64,000 nucleotides of DNA from Limisphaerales bacterium (GTDB taxonomy: Bacteria > Verrucomicrobiota > Verrucomicrobiia > Limisphaerales > AAA164-E04). The stretch is taken from NCBI GenBank assembly GCA_965242585.1, contig OZ251460.1, forward strand, positions 1,244,869 through 1,308,868. Direction: 5' to 3'. Positions 38,184-48,364 of the stretch are shown piece by piece (position 1 is the stretch's first letter; each line of letters begins with the position of its first letter). The notes beneath the pieces are model-generated. The model worked only from the letters and a program-made list of their open reading frames with translations. It was not told the DNA's origin and searched no databases. The position numbers and the translations under genes are program-made.

Positions 38184-39401
38184 CTATATTTTTACATTGT
38201 CGGCGATCTGTTGGACGTCTTTGTCGCCGCGGCCGGAAAGATTGGCGATGATAAGTTCCTCTGAAGACATCTTTGGCGCTTGTTCTAAAACAGCGGCGAT
38301 GGCGTGGGAAGATTCCAGAGCGGGGATAATGCCTTCCAATTGAGAAAGTTTCAAACAAGCCGCAAGCGCTTGGTTGTCGGTAGCGTAGCCATATTCCGCT
38401 CGTTGTTGATCTCTTAGCCAAGCGTGTTCAGGGCCGACTGCGGCATAGTCTAGTCCGGCGGAAATGCTGTGAGTGCGCTGAATTTGTCCGTGTTCGTCTT
38501 GGAGAATGTAGGACTTTGTGCCTTGCAAAACGCCGATTGATCCGCCTTGAAACCGAGCCGCATGTCGTTCCGCTTGCATGCCTTGGCCGCCCGCTTCGAT
38601 TCCCAGCAGCCGAACGTTTTTGTCTTTCAAAAAGGGATAGAAAAGCCCGATAGCGTTGGAACCGCCGCCAACGCAGGCAACGAGGAGACTGGGAAGCCGT
38701 TCCTCTTTTTCCAGGATTTGTTGTCGCGCTTCGTCGCCGATAATCCGTTGAAAGTTGCGCACCATTACTGGGTAGGGATGCGCTCCGTAGGCGGTTCCGA
38801 GAATGTAGTGAGTGTTGCGGACGTTGGTTACCCAATCGCGCATGGCTTCGTTGACGGCCTCTTTGAGAGTTCGCTGGCCGGCGTTCACGGGACGAACTTC
38901 GGCGCCGAGCATTTTCATTCGAAAAACGTTGAGCGCTTGGCGTTCGCAGTCGAGCTCTCCCATGTAAACTACGCATTTTAGGCCAAACATGGCGGCGACC
39001 GTGGCCGTGGCGACTCCGTGTTGGCCGGCGCCTGTCTCGGCGATGATCCGGGTTTTTTCCATGCGCTTGGCGAGAAGGATTTGCCCCATGCAGTTGTTGA
39101 TCTTGTGCGCTCCGGTGTGAAGCAAGTCTTCTCGTTTGAGGTAGATTTTGGCACCGCCGAGGGATTGGCTCAGCCTCTCCGCAAAATAAAGCGGCGTCGG
39201 CCTTCCGCAGAACTCGCGCAGATAGTATTGAAGTTCGTTTTGGAACTCGGTGTCTTCCTGAGCCCGTCGGTATTCCTCTTCCAACTCTTGCAAGGGATGC
39301 ATCAAGGTTTCCGGCACATAACGGCCGCCGTAAGTACCGAAGTGGCCTTTCTTGTCGGGAATCGCTTGGGGAGTCGCGGAGTTTTGGGCGCTGTCGATCA
39401 T
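38184..39401 (-). CDS. trpB: Tryptophan synthase beta chain
   Basis: Blocks are [31 protein letters not shown] (PLP Lys) and GGGSNAIG. Confidence 0.93.
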   Translation of the reverse strand: MIDSAQNSATPQAIPDKKGHFGTYGGRYVPETLMHPLQELEEEYRRAQEDTEFQNELQYYLREFCGRPTPLYFAERLSQSLGGAKIYLKREDLLHTGAHKINNCMGQILLAKRMEKTRIIAETGAGQHGVATATVAAMFGLKCVVYMGELDCERQALNVFRMKMLGAEVRPVNAGQRTLKEAVNEAMRDWVTNVRNTHYILGTAYGAHPYPVMVRNFQRIIGDEARQQILEKEERLPSLLVACVGGGSNAIGLFYPFLKDKNVRLLGIEAGGQGMQAERHAARFQGGSIGVLQGTKSYILQDEHGQIQRTHSISAGLDYAAVGPEHAWLRDQQRAEYGYATDNQALAACLKLSQLEGIIPALESSHAIAAVLEQAPKMSSEELIIANLSGRGDKDVQQIADNVKI

Positions 39402-39510
39402 CTCGCCACTTTATCCTGAATCTTGCAGAATGCCAATGTTTCTCTGGGCCTCCACTATCGCCAACGCCTCCGACTTCTATGCCGCAACTGAATGCGAAAG
39501 CGAAGAGACC

Positions 39511-40224
39511 TCAGCGGGAATGCTTCCAAAGAGATTTTAAAGCGCGAGCGCCGTCGCGGATGCGAATTTTCTTGCCTTCTTTGGAAGTGCGGCCTCGATA
39601 GCCGATAGGCACTTCCACCAAACGAAGCTCGTCTTTCCGAACGAGTTTGGCGAGTTTGGCCGTCACTTCCGGGCAGAACTCGAAGCCGTCTTCGGTCAAA
39701 TCAATGCGTTCCAGCGCCTCCCGTTTGAACAATTTGTAACAAGTTGCCTCGTCGCTCAGCTGCAAACCAGTCAAACGATTGCTAACCCACGTCAGCAGTC
39801 GATTGCCCAGCGTATGCCAGCGAGGGTTTTCCTTAGTCTGCGAGTTTTGAAAAAATCGCGAGCCGTACACTGCGTCGGCTCGTCCTTCCAAAACAGGCGC
39901 CAACAGTTTTGGATAATCTTCCGGTCGATATTCCAAATCGGCGTCTTGAATCAAAATCAAAGGCGCGTCCAAATGTTGCAACGCGGTTCGGACGGCCGCG
40001 CCTTTGCCGCGATTTCGTTCGTGACGCGCTGTTTTCACGCGCCGGTCTTGGCGCCGCCAATGCTCCAGTTTCTCCCATGAACCGTCGCTGGAACCGTCGT
40101 CCACCGCCGCCAACTGCGAGCATTCCGGCCGAGCCAGCACGCGCTCAAAAACAGCGTCCAACCAGCGTTCCTCGTTAAACACTGGCATCGCAATTCCAAG
40201 CAAAGACCTTGCGCGAACCTCCAT
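39511..40224 (-). CDS. Family-2 glycosyltransferase (polyprenol-phosphate sugar transferase-like)
   Basis: Blocks are MPVFNEE, AVDDGSSDGS and IQDADLEY (DxD). It is 237 aa. Confidence 0.8.
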   Translation of the reverse strand: MEVRARSLLGIAMPVFNEERWLDAVFERVLARPECSQLAAVDDGSSDGSWEKLEHWRRQDRRVKTARHERNRGKGAAVRTALQHLDAPLILIQDADLEYRPEDYPKLLAPVLEGRADAVYGSRFFQNSQTKENPRWHTLGNRLLTWVSNRLTGLQLSDEATCYKLFKREALERIDLTEDGFEFCPEVTAKLAKLVRKDELRLVEVPIGYRGRTSKEGKKIRIRDGARALKSLWKHSR

Positions 40225-40311
40225 CGTCCTAGCCGTCTAAAAACCAAATTGACGTTGCTGCGGCTGGATTGCTTTTCCGGCGCAAACTAAAGCGGAGACA
40301 GACCGCTTCCT

Positions 40312-41628
40312 TCATTCTTTTGGCGGCTTGCTTGGCGATGCGGGGGCAAACTCTTTTGGCCAAGCCTTAATCACCGCATGCACCAAAGTAGCCAGTGGGA
40401 TCGCAAAGAACACTCCCCAAAACCCCCACAGCCCTCCGAAGATCAAGATGGCAAAAATAATGGCCACCGGATGCAAACTGGTGACGTCGGACAACAGAAT
40501 CGGCGCCAGAACGTTCCCGTCCAAAATTTGAATGACGGTGTAAGCGGCTAAAATCCAAAACACTTCCCAAAACACTTTTTGATTCCAGTTGCCGGCCGAA
40601 TCCAGCGCCGCGTGGTCAAACGCGGCCAAAGTGATCGGAATATACATAATGGCCGCGCCCACATACGGAATTAGAACCGACAACCCCACAAAAAGAGAAA
40701 GCAACAACGCCGTCTTCAATTCAAACAGACGAAAAGTAGCGTAAGTCACCGACCATACAATAATAATCTCCCAAAACTTGCCGCGAATGTAATTGCCGGT
40801 TTGCACATTGACGTCCCGCCAAACCTGCGTCGCCAGCGAGCGATCCTTCGGCAAAAATTGAATCACCCACGCAATTATCTTTTCTTTGTCCTTGAGCATG
40901 AAAAAAACCAAAACCGGAATCAGCACCAAATACACAATCCACACCACCACATTCCTGAAGGCATTGAGCAACTGCGCCACGATAACCTGCCCAATATTCG
41001 TAATTTCCTCTACAAACTTCTCCCCTAAATCAATATTCAACCATCCCAAAGCGCCGCTGTTTGCTCCCGTGTTTGTCGTGCCTTCCACTCCCGTCTCCTG
41101 CATGCGCCCCGAATCCATAAATCCATACGGCAAAAGAGGCGCAAAGTTGGCATTTTCCATTCCCGTTTCCTTTGGCGGTTCCGATTCTGCAACAGACTTC
41201 GCCCCCTTGCCGGTTTCTTTTGCTTCTTCATCCATGGTTTGCCCAAGCTTTGCCAGCCAATCCGGCGCCGAATCTGCCAAATTAGCGAACGAAGTTTTCA
41301 CCGTGTTAATGATTTTCGGACTGCCTTCCACCACAAAACTTTGCACTTGGTTCACAATGGCCGGCAACAGCACAAAACAAAGAAACAAAATTCCTACCAA
41401 AAACCCGATGAAAACAGCCGTCACGGCGAACAATCGAGGCAGGCCGTATCGTTGCATTCGCAGAGAAATGCCGTCCAGCAGATAGGCAATCACCACGGCC
41501 GCAAGAAAAGGCGCCAGCATGCCGCCGAAAAAGTAAATCACTACCATGCCGACAAGCAACAACACTCCCAAAAGCGCCACTTGCGGATTGGACAGCTGGC
41601 GTCTCAGCCAACGCTTAATCGCTTCCAT
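40312..41628 (-). CDS. AI-2E family transporter (PerM-like permease)
   Basis: 438-aa polytopic protein with the typical AI-2E C-terminal pattern (IPYVGA, LHPVAIIFAILIFGGLWGFWGVFFAIPLA). It has an inserted hydrophilic loop. Confidence 0.8.
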   Translation of the reverse strand: MEAIKRWLRRQLSNPQVALLGVLLLVGMVVIYFFGGMLAPFLAAVVIAYLLDGISLRMQRYGLPRLFAVTAVFIGFLVGILFLCFVLLPAIVNQVQSFVVEGSPKIINTVKTSFANLADSAPDWLAKLGQTMDEEAKETGKGAKSVAESEPPKETGMENANFAPLLPYGFMDSGRMQETGVEGTTNTGANSGALGWLNIDLGEKFVEEITNIGQVIVAQLLNAFRNVVVWIVYLVLIPVLVFFMLKDKEKIIAWVIQFLPKDRSLATQVWRDVNVQTGNYIRGKFWEIIIVWSVTYATFRLFELKTALLLSLFVGLSVLIPYVGAAIMYIPITLAAFDHAALDSAGNWNQKVFWEVFWILAAYTVIQILDGNVLAPILLSDVTSLHPVAIIFAILIFGGLWGFWGVFFAIPLATLVHAVIKAWPKEFAPASPSKPPKE

Positions 41629-41719
41629 ACGCGGTATCTCTTTTGCGCTCCCGCTTTGCCACCCGGCGCGACGGAAAAATCCTTCCCTTCCTTTACTTCA
41701 AATCCCGCCCGCCCGCAAA

Positions 41720-41828
41720 CCTAAACTTGAATCTTGCAACGACGGCCGGCAATCGGCATAAATAAATCCTTTATATGGCAGAAACATTCCGAGCCTTGTT
41801 GCCGCAAATCGATGCGCTAAGCGCCAAC
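41720..41828 (+). repeat. Left copy of a ~108-bp diverged direct repeat (copy of the 5' end of the COG4889-like gene)
   Basis: Hand alignment to 43785-43891 gives about 86% identity (13 mismatches and a 2-bp indel). Long identical runs include AAACTTGAATCTTGCAAC, CAATCGGCATAA, AAACATTCCGAG and CAAATCGATGCGCTAAGCGCCAAC. Confidence 0.85.
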
Positions 41829-41912
41829 ACTTGGCAATCTGGCAAATGCCTCTTCAATCTAATTCTCCGCCGCGCCAATTTATCGGTCCAAACATGGAAA
41901 ATAATCCGCTAA
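41775..41912 (+). pseudogene. 45-codon remnant mimicking the N-terminus of the COG4889-like protein
   Basis: It starts MAETFRALLPQIDALSAN, versus MAKTFRELLQQIDALSAN at 43838. It then diverges to unrelated sequence and stops. Confidence 0.6.
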
Positions 41913-42053
41913 TAAATGCGAGAAAGATGGCGGAAAAGATTAATGCGGGGTTTCGGGGGATTGTGGGATGTTTTTCGTCTGAAAGCGCAAAACCCGCCGA
42001 AATCGCCTTGAAATGTGCAATTTCAGCATAGTTATTTTGTTCGCAAATATAGT

Positions 42054-42989
42054 ATGGCGTCAAACGGGAAGACCGAAATGACAATCTGCGAATCCATCGC
42101 AAACCGCAAAGCGGCGTGGCAATCCGACGACGGCGCGTCCGCGCTTTACCGCGACGACGCTTTCGCGCTTATGAAGGACATCCCAACCGACAGCGTCGAC
42201 TGCGTCTGGACCGACCCGCCTTATCTGCTTTCCAACGACGGCGTCACCTGCGTGGCGGGCAAGCGCGTCAGCGTCAACAAGGGCGACTGGGACAGAAGCG
42301 GCGGCGTTGAAAACGACCACGAATTCAACCTGTCTTGGCTAAGCGAATGCCACCGCATCTTAAAGCCCGCGGGAACGATATGGGTAACCGGAACGCTGCA
42401 CATATACCTCAGCGTAGGCATGGCGATGATGCAGCTGGGCTATCGCATTCTGAACGACATCATTTGGGAAAAGACTAATCCTCCCCCCAACCTTGGCTGC
42501 CGTTGCTTCGCGCACTCCACCGAAACCCTGCTGTGGGCGACCAAAGCTCCCAAGGGCAGCAAGCGCAAATACACCTTCCACTACAAGGAAATGAAAGCCG
42601 AAAACGGCGGCAAGCAGATGAAGACCGTTTGGCGCTTCCCCGCCGCCGGTCGCCAAGAAAAGCGATTTGGCAAGCACCCCACGCAAAAACCCGTCGCGCT
42701 TATAGACCGATGCCTGCGGGCCAGCACCAACCCGGGCGATTTGGTGGTGGATCCTTTTGCCGGCTCCGCTACTACCGGCGTGACAGCGATAAGGCTGGGT
42801 CGCCGTTTTATCGGCAGTGAACAGGTGAAGGAGTATGCCGAGTTGGGGGCTAGGCGGTTGGAAGAAGTGGGATGTGGCGTAACTAACGCTATTTCCATCC
42901 CGGAAACCGCCGATTTCAAGATGCAACAGCAGTTACTGGAGTCGTCGGCTCAATACCAACCATCAGCCAATAGGGAGGTGCCTGGATGA
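42054..42989 (+). CDS. Beta-class N6-adenine DNA methyltransferase, DpnA/M.HinfI-like
   Basis: Blocks recalled from DpnA are TDPPYLLSNDG, VSVNKGDWD, HEFN, LKPAGTIWVTG, NPPPNLGCRCFAHSTETLLWATK, GKQMKTVW, GKHPTQKP, VVDPFAGSATTGV and RLGRRFIG. I chose the start at ATG 42054; the track opens at GTG 42015. Confidence 0.85.
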   Translation: MASNGKTEMTICESIANRKAAWQSDDGASALYRDDAFALMKDIPTDSVDCVWTDPPYLLSNDGVTCVAGKRVSVNKGDWDRSGGVENDHEFNLSWLSECHRILKPAGTIWVTGTLHIYLSVGMAMMQLGYRILNDIIWEKTNPPPNLGCRCFAHSTETLLWATKAPKGSKRKYTFHYKEMKAENGGKQMKTVWRFPAAGRQEKRFGKHPTQKPVALIDRCLRASTNPGDLVVDPFAGSATTGVTAIRLGRRFIGSEQVKEYAELGARRLEEVGCGVTNAISIPETADFKMQQQLLESSAQYQPSANREVPG

Positions 42990-43783
42990 CGCTTATTCCT
43001 ACTGACGAATCCGGGAACAGCCCCAGTTGGCGGACTATTTTCGAGCGTTACGAAATCGCTGACCACGACTTCGACACTGCGCCCTTTCCCATATCAGCAG
43101 ATCAAATCAAGCGGGCTTGCCAGCACTTTACAAAAACCGGTGAAAAGGAAGTACGGATACTGTGCAAGCAGGACACGCGAGAGTCCCGCCCCCAAGTCTT
43201 TCGGGATCGAGGGCTTTTCATCCTGCCCGTTAAGAATGGAGAGTATGTCATCGTCAAAGGCGAGGGCTACATCGACGTACCAGACATTACTTTCCCTTTG
43301 CAGGATTACCAGAGTGCCTTTCCGTTCAAGTTGGAAACTTCGGGAGTAGGCAATTCGGAAATGCAGTACTTGGATCGGGCTTATGCGCTGAGCCTAGTTC
43401 GACATTTTGTCGGGGATGATTCTCTCGTGCTTACGATTCGCGGGAGGAAATACACTCCTCAGTTTGACTTCTTGGTTAATGGGTTCCCCATCCGTGCACA
43501 AAGTGTGCAGACCGAAGTTGACGGCGGCTACGAAGGCAAATCCCAAGTTGTCTTGGTCGAAGCCAAAGGATCGAATGCGGACAACACCATCATCCGCCAG
43601 CTCTACTACCCGTTTCGCCAATGGCAGAACCACACGGCAAAGCCCGTGTCAACGCTCTTCTTTCAGCGAACAAGCGATGACGAATACCGCATATGGCAGT
43701 TCGTCTTCGACGACCCCGCCGATTACGGCAGCATCCGCCTGCTGAAATCCGCCCGCTACAAAATTGCAACGGCGTATCGCTGA
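42986..43783 (+). CDS. Putative type II restriction endonuclease (cognate of the 42054-42989 methyltransferase)
   Basis: 265-aa ORF whose ATG overlaps the methyltransferase stop (ATGA). A candidate PD-(D/E)xK core is EVDGGYEG...VVLVEAKG. I recognise no family, so the call rests on context. Confidence 0.55.
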   Translation: MTLIPTDESGNSPSWRTIFERYEIADHDFDTAPFPISADQIKRACQHFTKTGEKEVRILCKQDTRESRPQVFRDRGLFILPVKNGEYVIVKGEGYIDVPDITFPLQDYQSAFPFKLETSGVGNSEMQYLDRAYALSLVRHFVGDDSLVLTIRGRKYTPQFDFLVNGFPIRAQSVQTEVDGGYEGKSQVVLVEAKGSNADNTIIRQLYYPFRQWQNHTAKPVSTLFFQRTSDDEYRIWQFVFDDPADYGSIRLLKSARYKIATAYR

Positions 43784-43784
43784 A

Positions 43785-43891
43785 CCCAAACTTGAATCTT
43801 GCAACAACAGCAGACAATCGGCATAAGCAAATCCTTTATGGCAAAAACATTCCGAGAACTGTTGCAACAAATCGATGCGCTAAGCGCCAAC
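43785..43891 (+). repeat. Right copy of the ~108-bp diverged direct repeat
   Basis: See the 41720-41828 entry. It covers 53 bp upstream plus the first 18 codons of the COG4889-like gene. Confidence 0.85.
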
Positions 43892-46800
43892 CCCGCCGAA
43901 AAAGGACGACTGTTCGAGCAGTTGACCAAGGCTTTCCTAGAACAAGAAAAAGCCAACCGCGCCCGATTCAAACAAGTCTGGCTCTGGAACCAATGGCCAA
44001 ACCGCGGCCAACAAACAGACATCGGCATCGACCTTGTAGCCGAAACATACGACGGCCAACTCATCGCCATCCAATGCAAATTCATTTCTCCATCCACAGG
44101 CCGCATCGACCGAAACCCTCAAAAAGTGACCAACTTCACAACCGCTCTCAACAGCAGGCAATGGAACTTTGCCGAAGGCATCTTTGTCTCCACCTGCGAT
44201 CATTGGACGAAAGAAGCTGAAAACGCCCTAAATCACAGCAAAATTCACGTCTCCCGCTGGAGTTGCGAAATCTTTGAACAATCTTCCATTGACTGGCGAC
44301 ACTTCACGCTCTCGCCCCAGCCCAAACCTCCGCACGAATATCAAGAAACCTCTCTCCAATTAAAAGAAGAATTGGCAGCATATAAAACCTCTCCCCAACT
44401 CCCGCAACGCGCCGTCAAAACTCTGCGCGAATATCAAGAAACCGCCTTGGCCGCCGTCCTCGAAGGCTTTGAAACCGCCGACCGCGGCAAACTCATCATG
44501 GCCTGCGGCAGTGGCAAAACCTTAGTCGCCCTCCGCATCGCCGAAGCTTTGGCGCCCAACGGCACCATCCTGTTCCTCACGCCTTCCATTTCCCTGCTCG
44601 CCCAATCTCTGATGGACTGGGACGCCGACGCTCAATCCCCTTTGCGCATCTTTTCTGTTTGTTCCGATACCTCCGCAGACCAACGCAAAAGCCAAAACGA
44701 CCCTTTGCATACGCCGCTCCTCGAAATCAAAATCCCGCCCACAACCAATCCCCAAAAACTCGCCGCCGCATTCCACAAAAACCAAAACCACCAACCCAAC
44801 GCCAAAGGCTTGACCGTGATTTTCTGCACCTACCAAAGCCTCGAAGTCATCCACCAAGCCCAAACAACCAAACAAAACCCCTTGCCGTCATTAGACCTAA
44901 TTATCTGCGACGAAGCCCACCGCACCACCGGCCAATCCGATCCCAATGCGAACAAAAAAACCGAAACCAAAGGCTTCCAACGCGTCCACGACCCCGAATT
45001 CATTGGCGCCGGCAAACGCCTTTATATGACCGCCACGCCCCGCATTTACGGAGACCGCGCCCAGCGCAAAGCCGCCGCCAAACAAATCCTGCTCGCATCC
45101 ATGGACGACGAAAAACTCTTTGGCAAAAACTTTTACCAACTCGGCTTTGGCGAGGCCATTCAAAGAAACATCCTCTGCGATTACAAAGTAATCATCCAGC
45201 ACGTCGATGTAGAGCAAGCCCGCCATATTCTAGACGACAGTTATTTTGATGCCGAGCTCCGCAAGTCAAACAATGCTGACCAAGACAGCGAAATCATCAA
45301 ACTCCTCGACAACGGCGCCCGAATGATCGGTTGCTGGAACGCTTTGCGCAAACACGGCGAAGCCAACACCTTTGCCGAAAACGAAAAACCCGCCCGCCGA
45401 GCCGTCGCCTTCAGCAACCGCATCGCCCAATCCAAAAGCTTTGAAAAATATTTCCCCACCGTCATCCAGCATTGTCAAGAACACCAAGCAAACGACGCCG
45501 GCCAAGCTCTTGAATGCGAAACCAAACACGTCGACGGCACCCAACTTTCCCGCCACCGCGCCGATGCCCTTCAATGGCTTCGTGATAAACCCGCAGACGG
45601 CCAATGCAAAATCCTCACCAACGCCCGCTGTCTGACCGAAGGAATCGATGTCCCCGCATTAGACGCCGTTCTTTTTCTCCAACCCAGAGAATCCGAAATC
45701 GACGTCGTCCAAGCCGTTGGCCGAGTCATGCGCCAAGCCGAAGACGAAGACAAAAAGCGCGGCTACATCATCATTCCCATTGTCATCGCCAAAGGCAAAG
45801 ACGGAAGCGAAGCCCTCAACTCCAGCGTTTATCAAACCGTCTGGCAAGTTATCAACGCCATCAAAGCTCACGACGACCGCTTTGCCGCCGTCATCAACCA
45901 ACTTGCCATTGAGCAAAAAGACTACCTCCAACAAAAAGACATCGGACAAGAAAACCAGCAGACCTCAACCGACAACGACCAACACCTCCAAACCCACATC
46001 CAATTCGTCAATGCGCCCGCCGTCTTGAAAAAACTTCTCCTCGCCAAAATCGTCAACACCTACTCCGACCGAAATTACTGGAATCGCTGGATCTCCACCA
46101 CCCACGAAGTCGTTCAACAAGTCACCGACAAGCTAAACAATCCCAAACAACAACCCCAATCCAAGCCCATCTTGGACCGCTTTTTCAAAGCCCTTGAACA
46201 CAACGTCCAAGGCATGCCCGTCAAAGACGAGGACGCCATTGAAATGCTGGCTTTGCATTATGTGAGCAAGCCGGTTTTTGACCATTTGTTCCCTACCACC
46301 AGCCCGCTTTCCGATGCGCTCAATGCCGTAATCCATGACCTCAAACCATACGGCCTTGCCGAAGAACTGGAGAGCCTGCAACCCCTTTTCTGGCAAGCGC
46401 AACTCAGCGCCAAAGACGCCCCCAGCAACGCCGCCAAACAAAAAATCATCAACTACTTTTACGAATCCTTCTTCCGCCGAACGATGCCGCGCCAAGTGCA
46501 GAGTTTAGGCATTGCGTATTCTCCCATTGAAGCGGTGGACTACCTGCTGCACGCCGTGCAAGACCTGCTCCAAACTCACTGGCCGCCGCAACCCAACGGC
46601 CGCCCGACTACTCTGGGAAGTCCCGGCGTTCACATCATCGAGCCGTTTGCCGGCACGGGAACATTCCTCGCCCGCTTGATGGCCGACCACTCGCTCATCT
46701 CGGACGAAGAGTTGGACTTCAAATATCAACATGAAATCTTCGGCAACGAAATTCTGCTGCTGGCTTATCACGCCGCCAACGCCAACATTGCCGCCGCTTA

Positions 46801-46984
46801 CCAAGAACGCACTGGCAAAACCAAACCATTCAACAATCTCTGGTTCGGCGACACTTTTCGCGCTTATGAAACGATGCATCAAGCGCAACCGCCGCTGAAC
46901 CTGCCCGGCTTTGAAGACAATCACAAAATCTTGCAACATCAAAAGACCGCCAAAATCCGCGTCATCCTCGGCAACCCACCATGA
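43838..46984 (+). pseudogene. Type ISP-like (COG4889) Mrr-nuclease / SF2 helicase / gamma-N6A-methyltransferase gene, truncated inside motif IV
   Basis: Nuclease: DIGIDLVAE...IAIQCK. Helicase: ACGSGKT, LIICDEAHRTTG, MTATPR, QAVGRVMR. Methyltransferase motif I is IIEPFAGTGTF. The ORF ends ...VILGNPP-TGA, so motifs V-VIII and the target-recognition domain are missing. Confidence 0.8.
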
Positions 46985-47074
46985 TTTAAAAAAGTTCGAT
47001 TCTCGGTTGACAAATCCAAAGAAGCGGCGGAAATTGATTTCGGACGGTTCATTAGTTGGCAAGAAAGGAAAGTC

Positions 47075-48145
47075 ATGAGTGCAGAAGAAACGGCAATTGA
47101 GCGGGTCGAAAAGAAATTGGAAAAGATCGAAAAGAAGGTGGACAGCATCAACACCGCTCTTTACGGCATTGGCAACCCTCACGGAGGATTGTTCGGGGAA
47201 TTTAAGGCATTGGAAGTCAAAATTGACGGCGTTGAAAGCAAGTTAGAAGCCAAGATTGACGGCGTAGAGAGGATTTTTGACAAAATGTCTGGACTCTTCA
47301 AATGGTCTGTCGGCATAGCCTCAGTTCCGTTCTGTGCGATAGCCATTCCGATTTTCATTGAAATCGTCTTGCCGATAATTCGGAAATGGATGGGTTTTTC
47401 GGTTATTGCGATTGCGATAATTTGGACGGCCACCACCGCCCAAGCGCAACTTTACATCGACGTTTATCCATCCCAAGACAACCCCGACAGCGAAATCGTT
47501 TGGATTTTTAGCGGCTCTTCCACCGCTCATTACGGAAGCAGCATTCGAAGCAGCCAAAATTATCACGCGCGAGACTCTTGGAAACACGATGATGTAGGCG
47601 AATCTCTTTATTTAGCCAATAAGCCAACGAACCAGTTAGTTTCTCTTTCTCCACTGTTTTCCAACACCAACAATCCAACAGACATCGAGTCCATTCAAAA
47701 AAGAATTCCGGGAAGCGATAGAACGCAAGATTTTGACGCCATCGTTACCAACGCGCCGACCGTAACCATTGGAAGCACGAGCAGACCCATCGGCAAGATT
47801 TTTATGAACGACGCCGATGTTGACGAGATTGGCATTCGCATTACTCCTCCCAATCTGGTTTTTACCAACGGGCAAACATCTCGCTGGTTTGGCGCCGGAA
47901 TTTTGAACAAACCGCACAGCGATTTTGCTCCTAGTGAGTACCTAGAGAATCCGCTGGTAAGTTACACCACTCATGCTACAGCGATAGGTGCTCCTTATTT
48001 TGCTGAGAGACAGCGCAACGGTGTTCGATTACGAATACACCATTCGTTCATCCCTGAACCTGCGGGATATGCTTTGGTGTTTGGATTATTTGCGATTGGT
48101 TTCATATTTTTCCGACGATTGTTTCTAAAGAATTCATCAAATTAA
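47075..48145 (+). CDS. Composite ORF: XhlA-like coiled-coil/TM module joined in frame to a signal-peptide + PEP-CTERM protein
   Basis: The N-terminal 105 aa are a coiled coil with KIDGVE repeats plus one TM. An internal Met at 47390 starts MGFSVIAIAIIWTATTAQAQ, which looks like a signal peptide. The C-terminus IPEPAGYALVFGLFAIGFIFFRR is a PEP-CTERM sorting signal. Confidence 0.6.
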   Translation: MSAEETAIERVEKKLEKIEKKVDSINTALYGIGNPHGGLFGEFKALEVKIDGVESKLEAKIDGVERIFDKMSGLFKWSVGIASVPFCAIAIPIFIEIVLPIIRKWMGFSVIAIAIIWTATTAQAQLYIDVYPSQDNPDSEIVWIFSGSSTAHYGSSIRSSQNYHARDSWKHDDVGESLYLANKPTNQLVSLSPLFSNTNNPTDIESIQKRIPGSDRTQDFDAIVTNAPTVTIGSTSRPIGKIFMNDADVDEIGIRITPPNLVFTNGQTSRWFGAGILNKPHSDFAPSEYLENPLVSYTTHATAIGAPYFAERQRNGVRLRIHHSFIPEPAGYALVFGLFAIGFIFFRRLFLKNSSN

Positions 48146-48148
48146 GAA

Positions 48149-48364
48149 ATGCAAGACACTATTCCAAAGCATTATCGGCGGTATCCAGGATCTTTTTGGC
48201 GGGGGTTTATTAGCGTTCTGGGAGGCGCAAGCATCCTGCATGGATCGTTTGACCCTCCCCGATACCCTAGAGACGCCCAACGACAAGACCTAGAACGCAT
48301 CGGACAAGACATGTATCGAGCATTCGAACAATACGATAATGAAACACGAACAAAACAAACCTAA
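48149..48364 (+). CDS. Hypothetical 71-aa protein
   Basis: The ORF starts 1 codon after the stop of the previous ORF, and its end overlaps the next ORF. I recognise no family. Confidence 0.35.
   Translation: MQDTIPKHYRRYPGSFWRGFISVLGGASILHGSFDPPRYPRDAQRQDLERIGQDMYRAFEQYDNETRTKQT

Noticed and set aside
46993-47006. GTTCGATTCTCGG at the left junction of the insert resembles a tRNA T-arm, which would suggest a possible att site.
   Set aside because: The flanking 5-mers (AAAAG / CTCGG) are not complementary. No acceptor stem or other tRNA features surround it.
46982-47077. The TGA after GNPP is followed by 30 stop-free codons that run in frame into ATG 47075. This could mean NPPW read-through (TGA as Trp) giving a giant fusion protein.
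   Set aside because: The downstream sequence (FKKVRFSVDKSKEAAE..., then a coiled-coil/PEP-CTERM protein) has none of methyltransferase motifs V-VIII. The other genes in the window terminate with TGA normally. A 31-codon open stretch is expected by chance about a quarter of the time.
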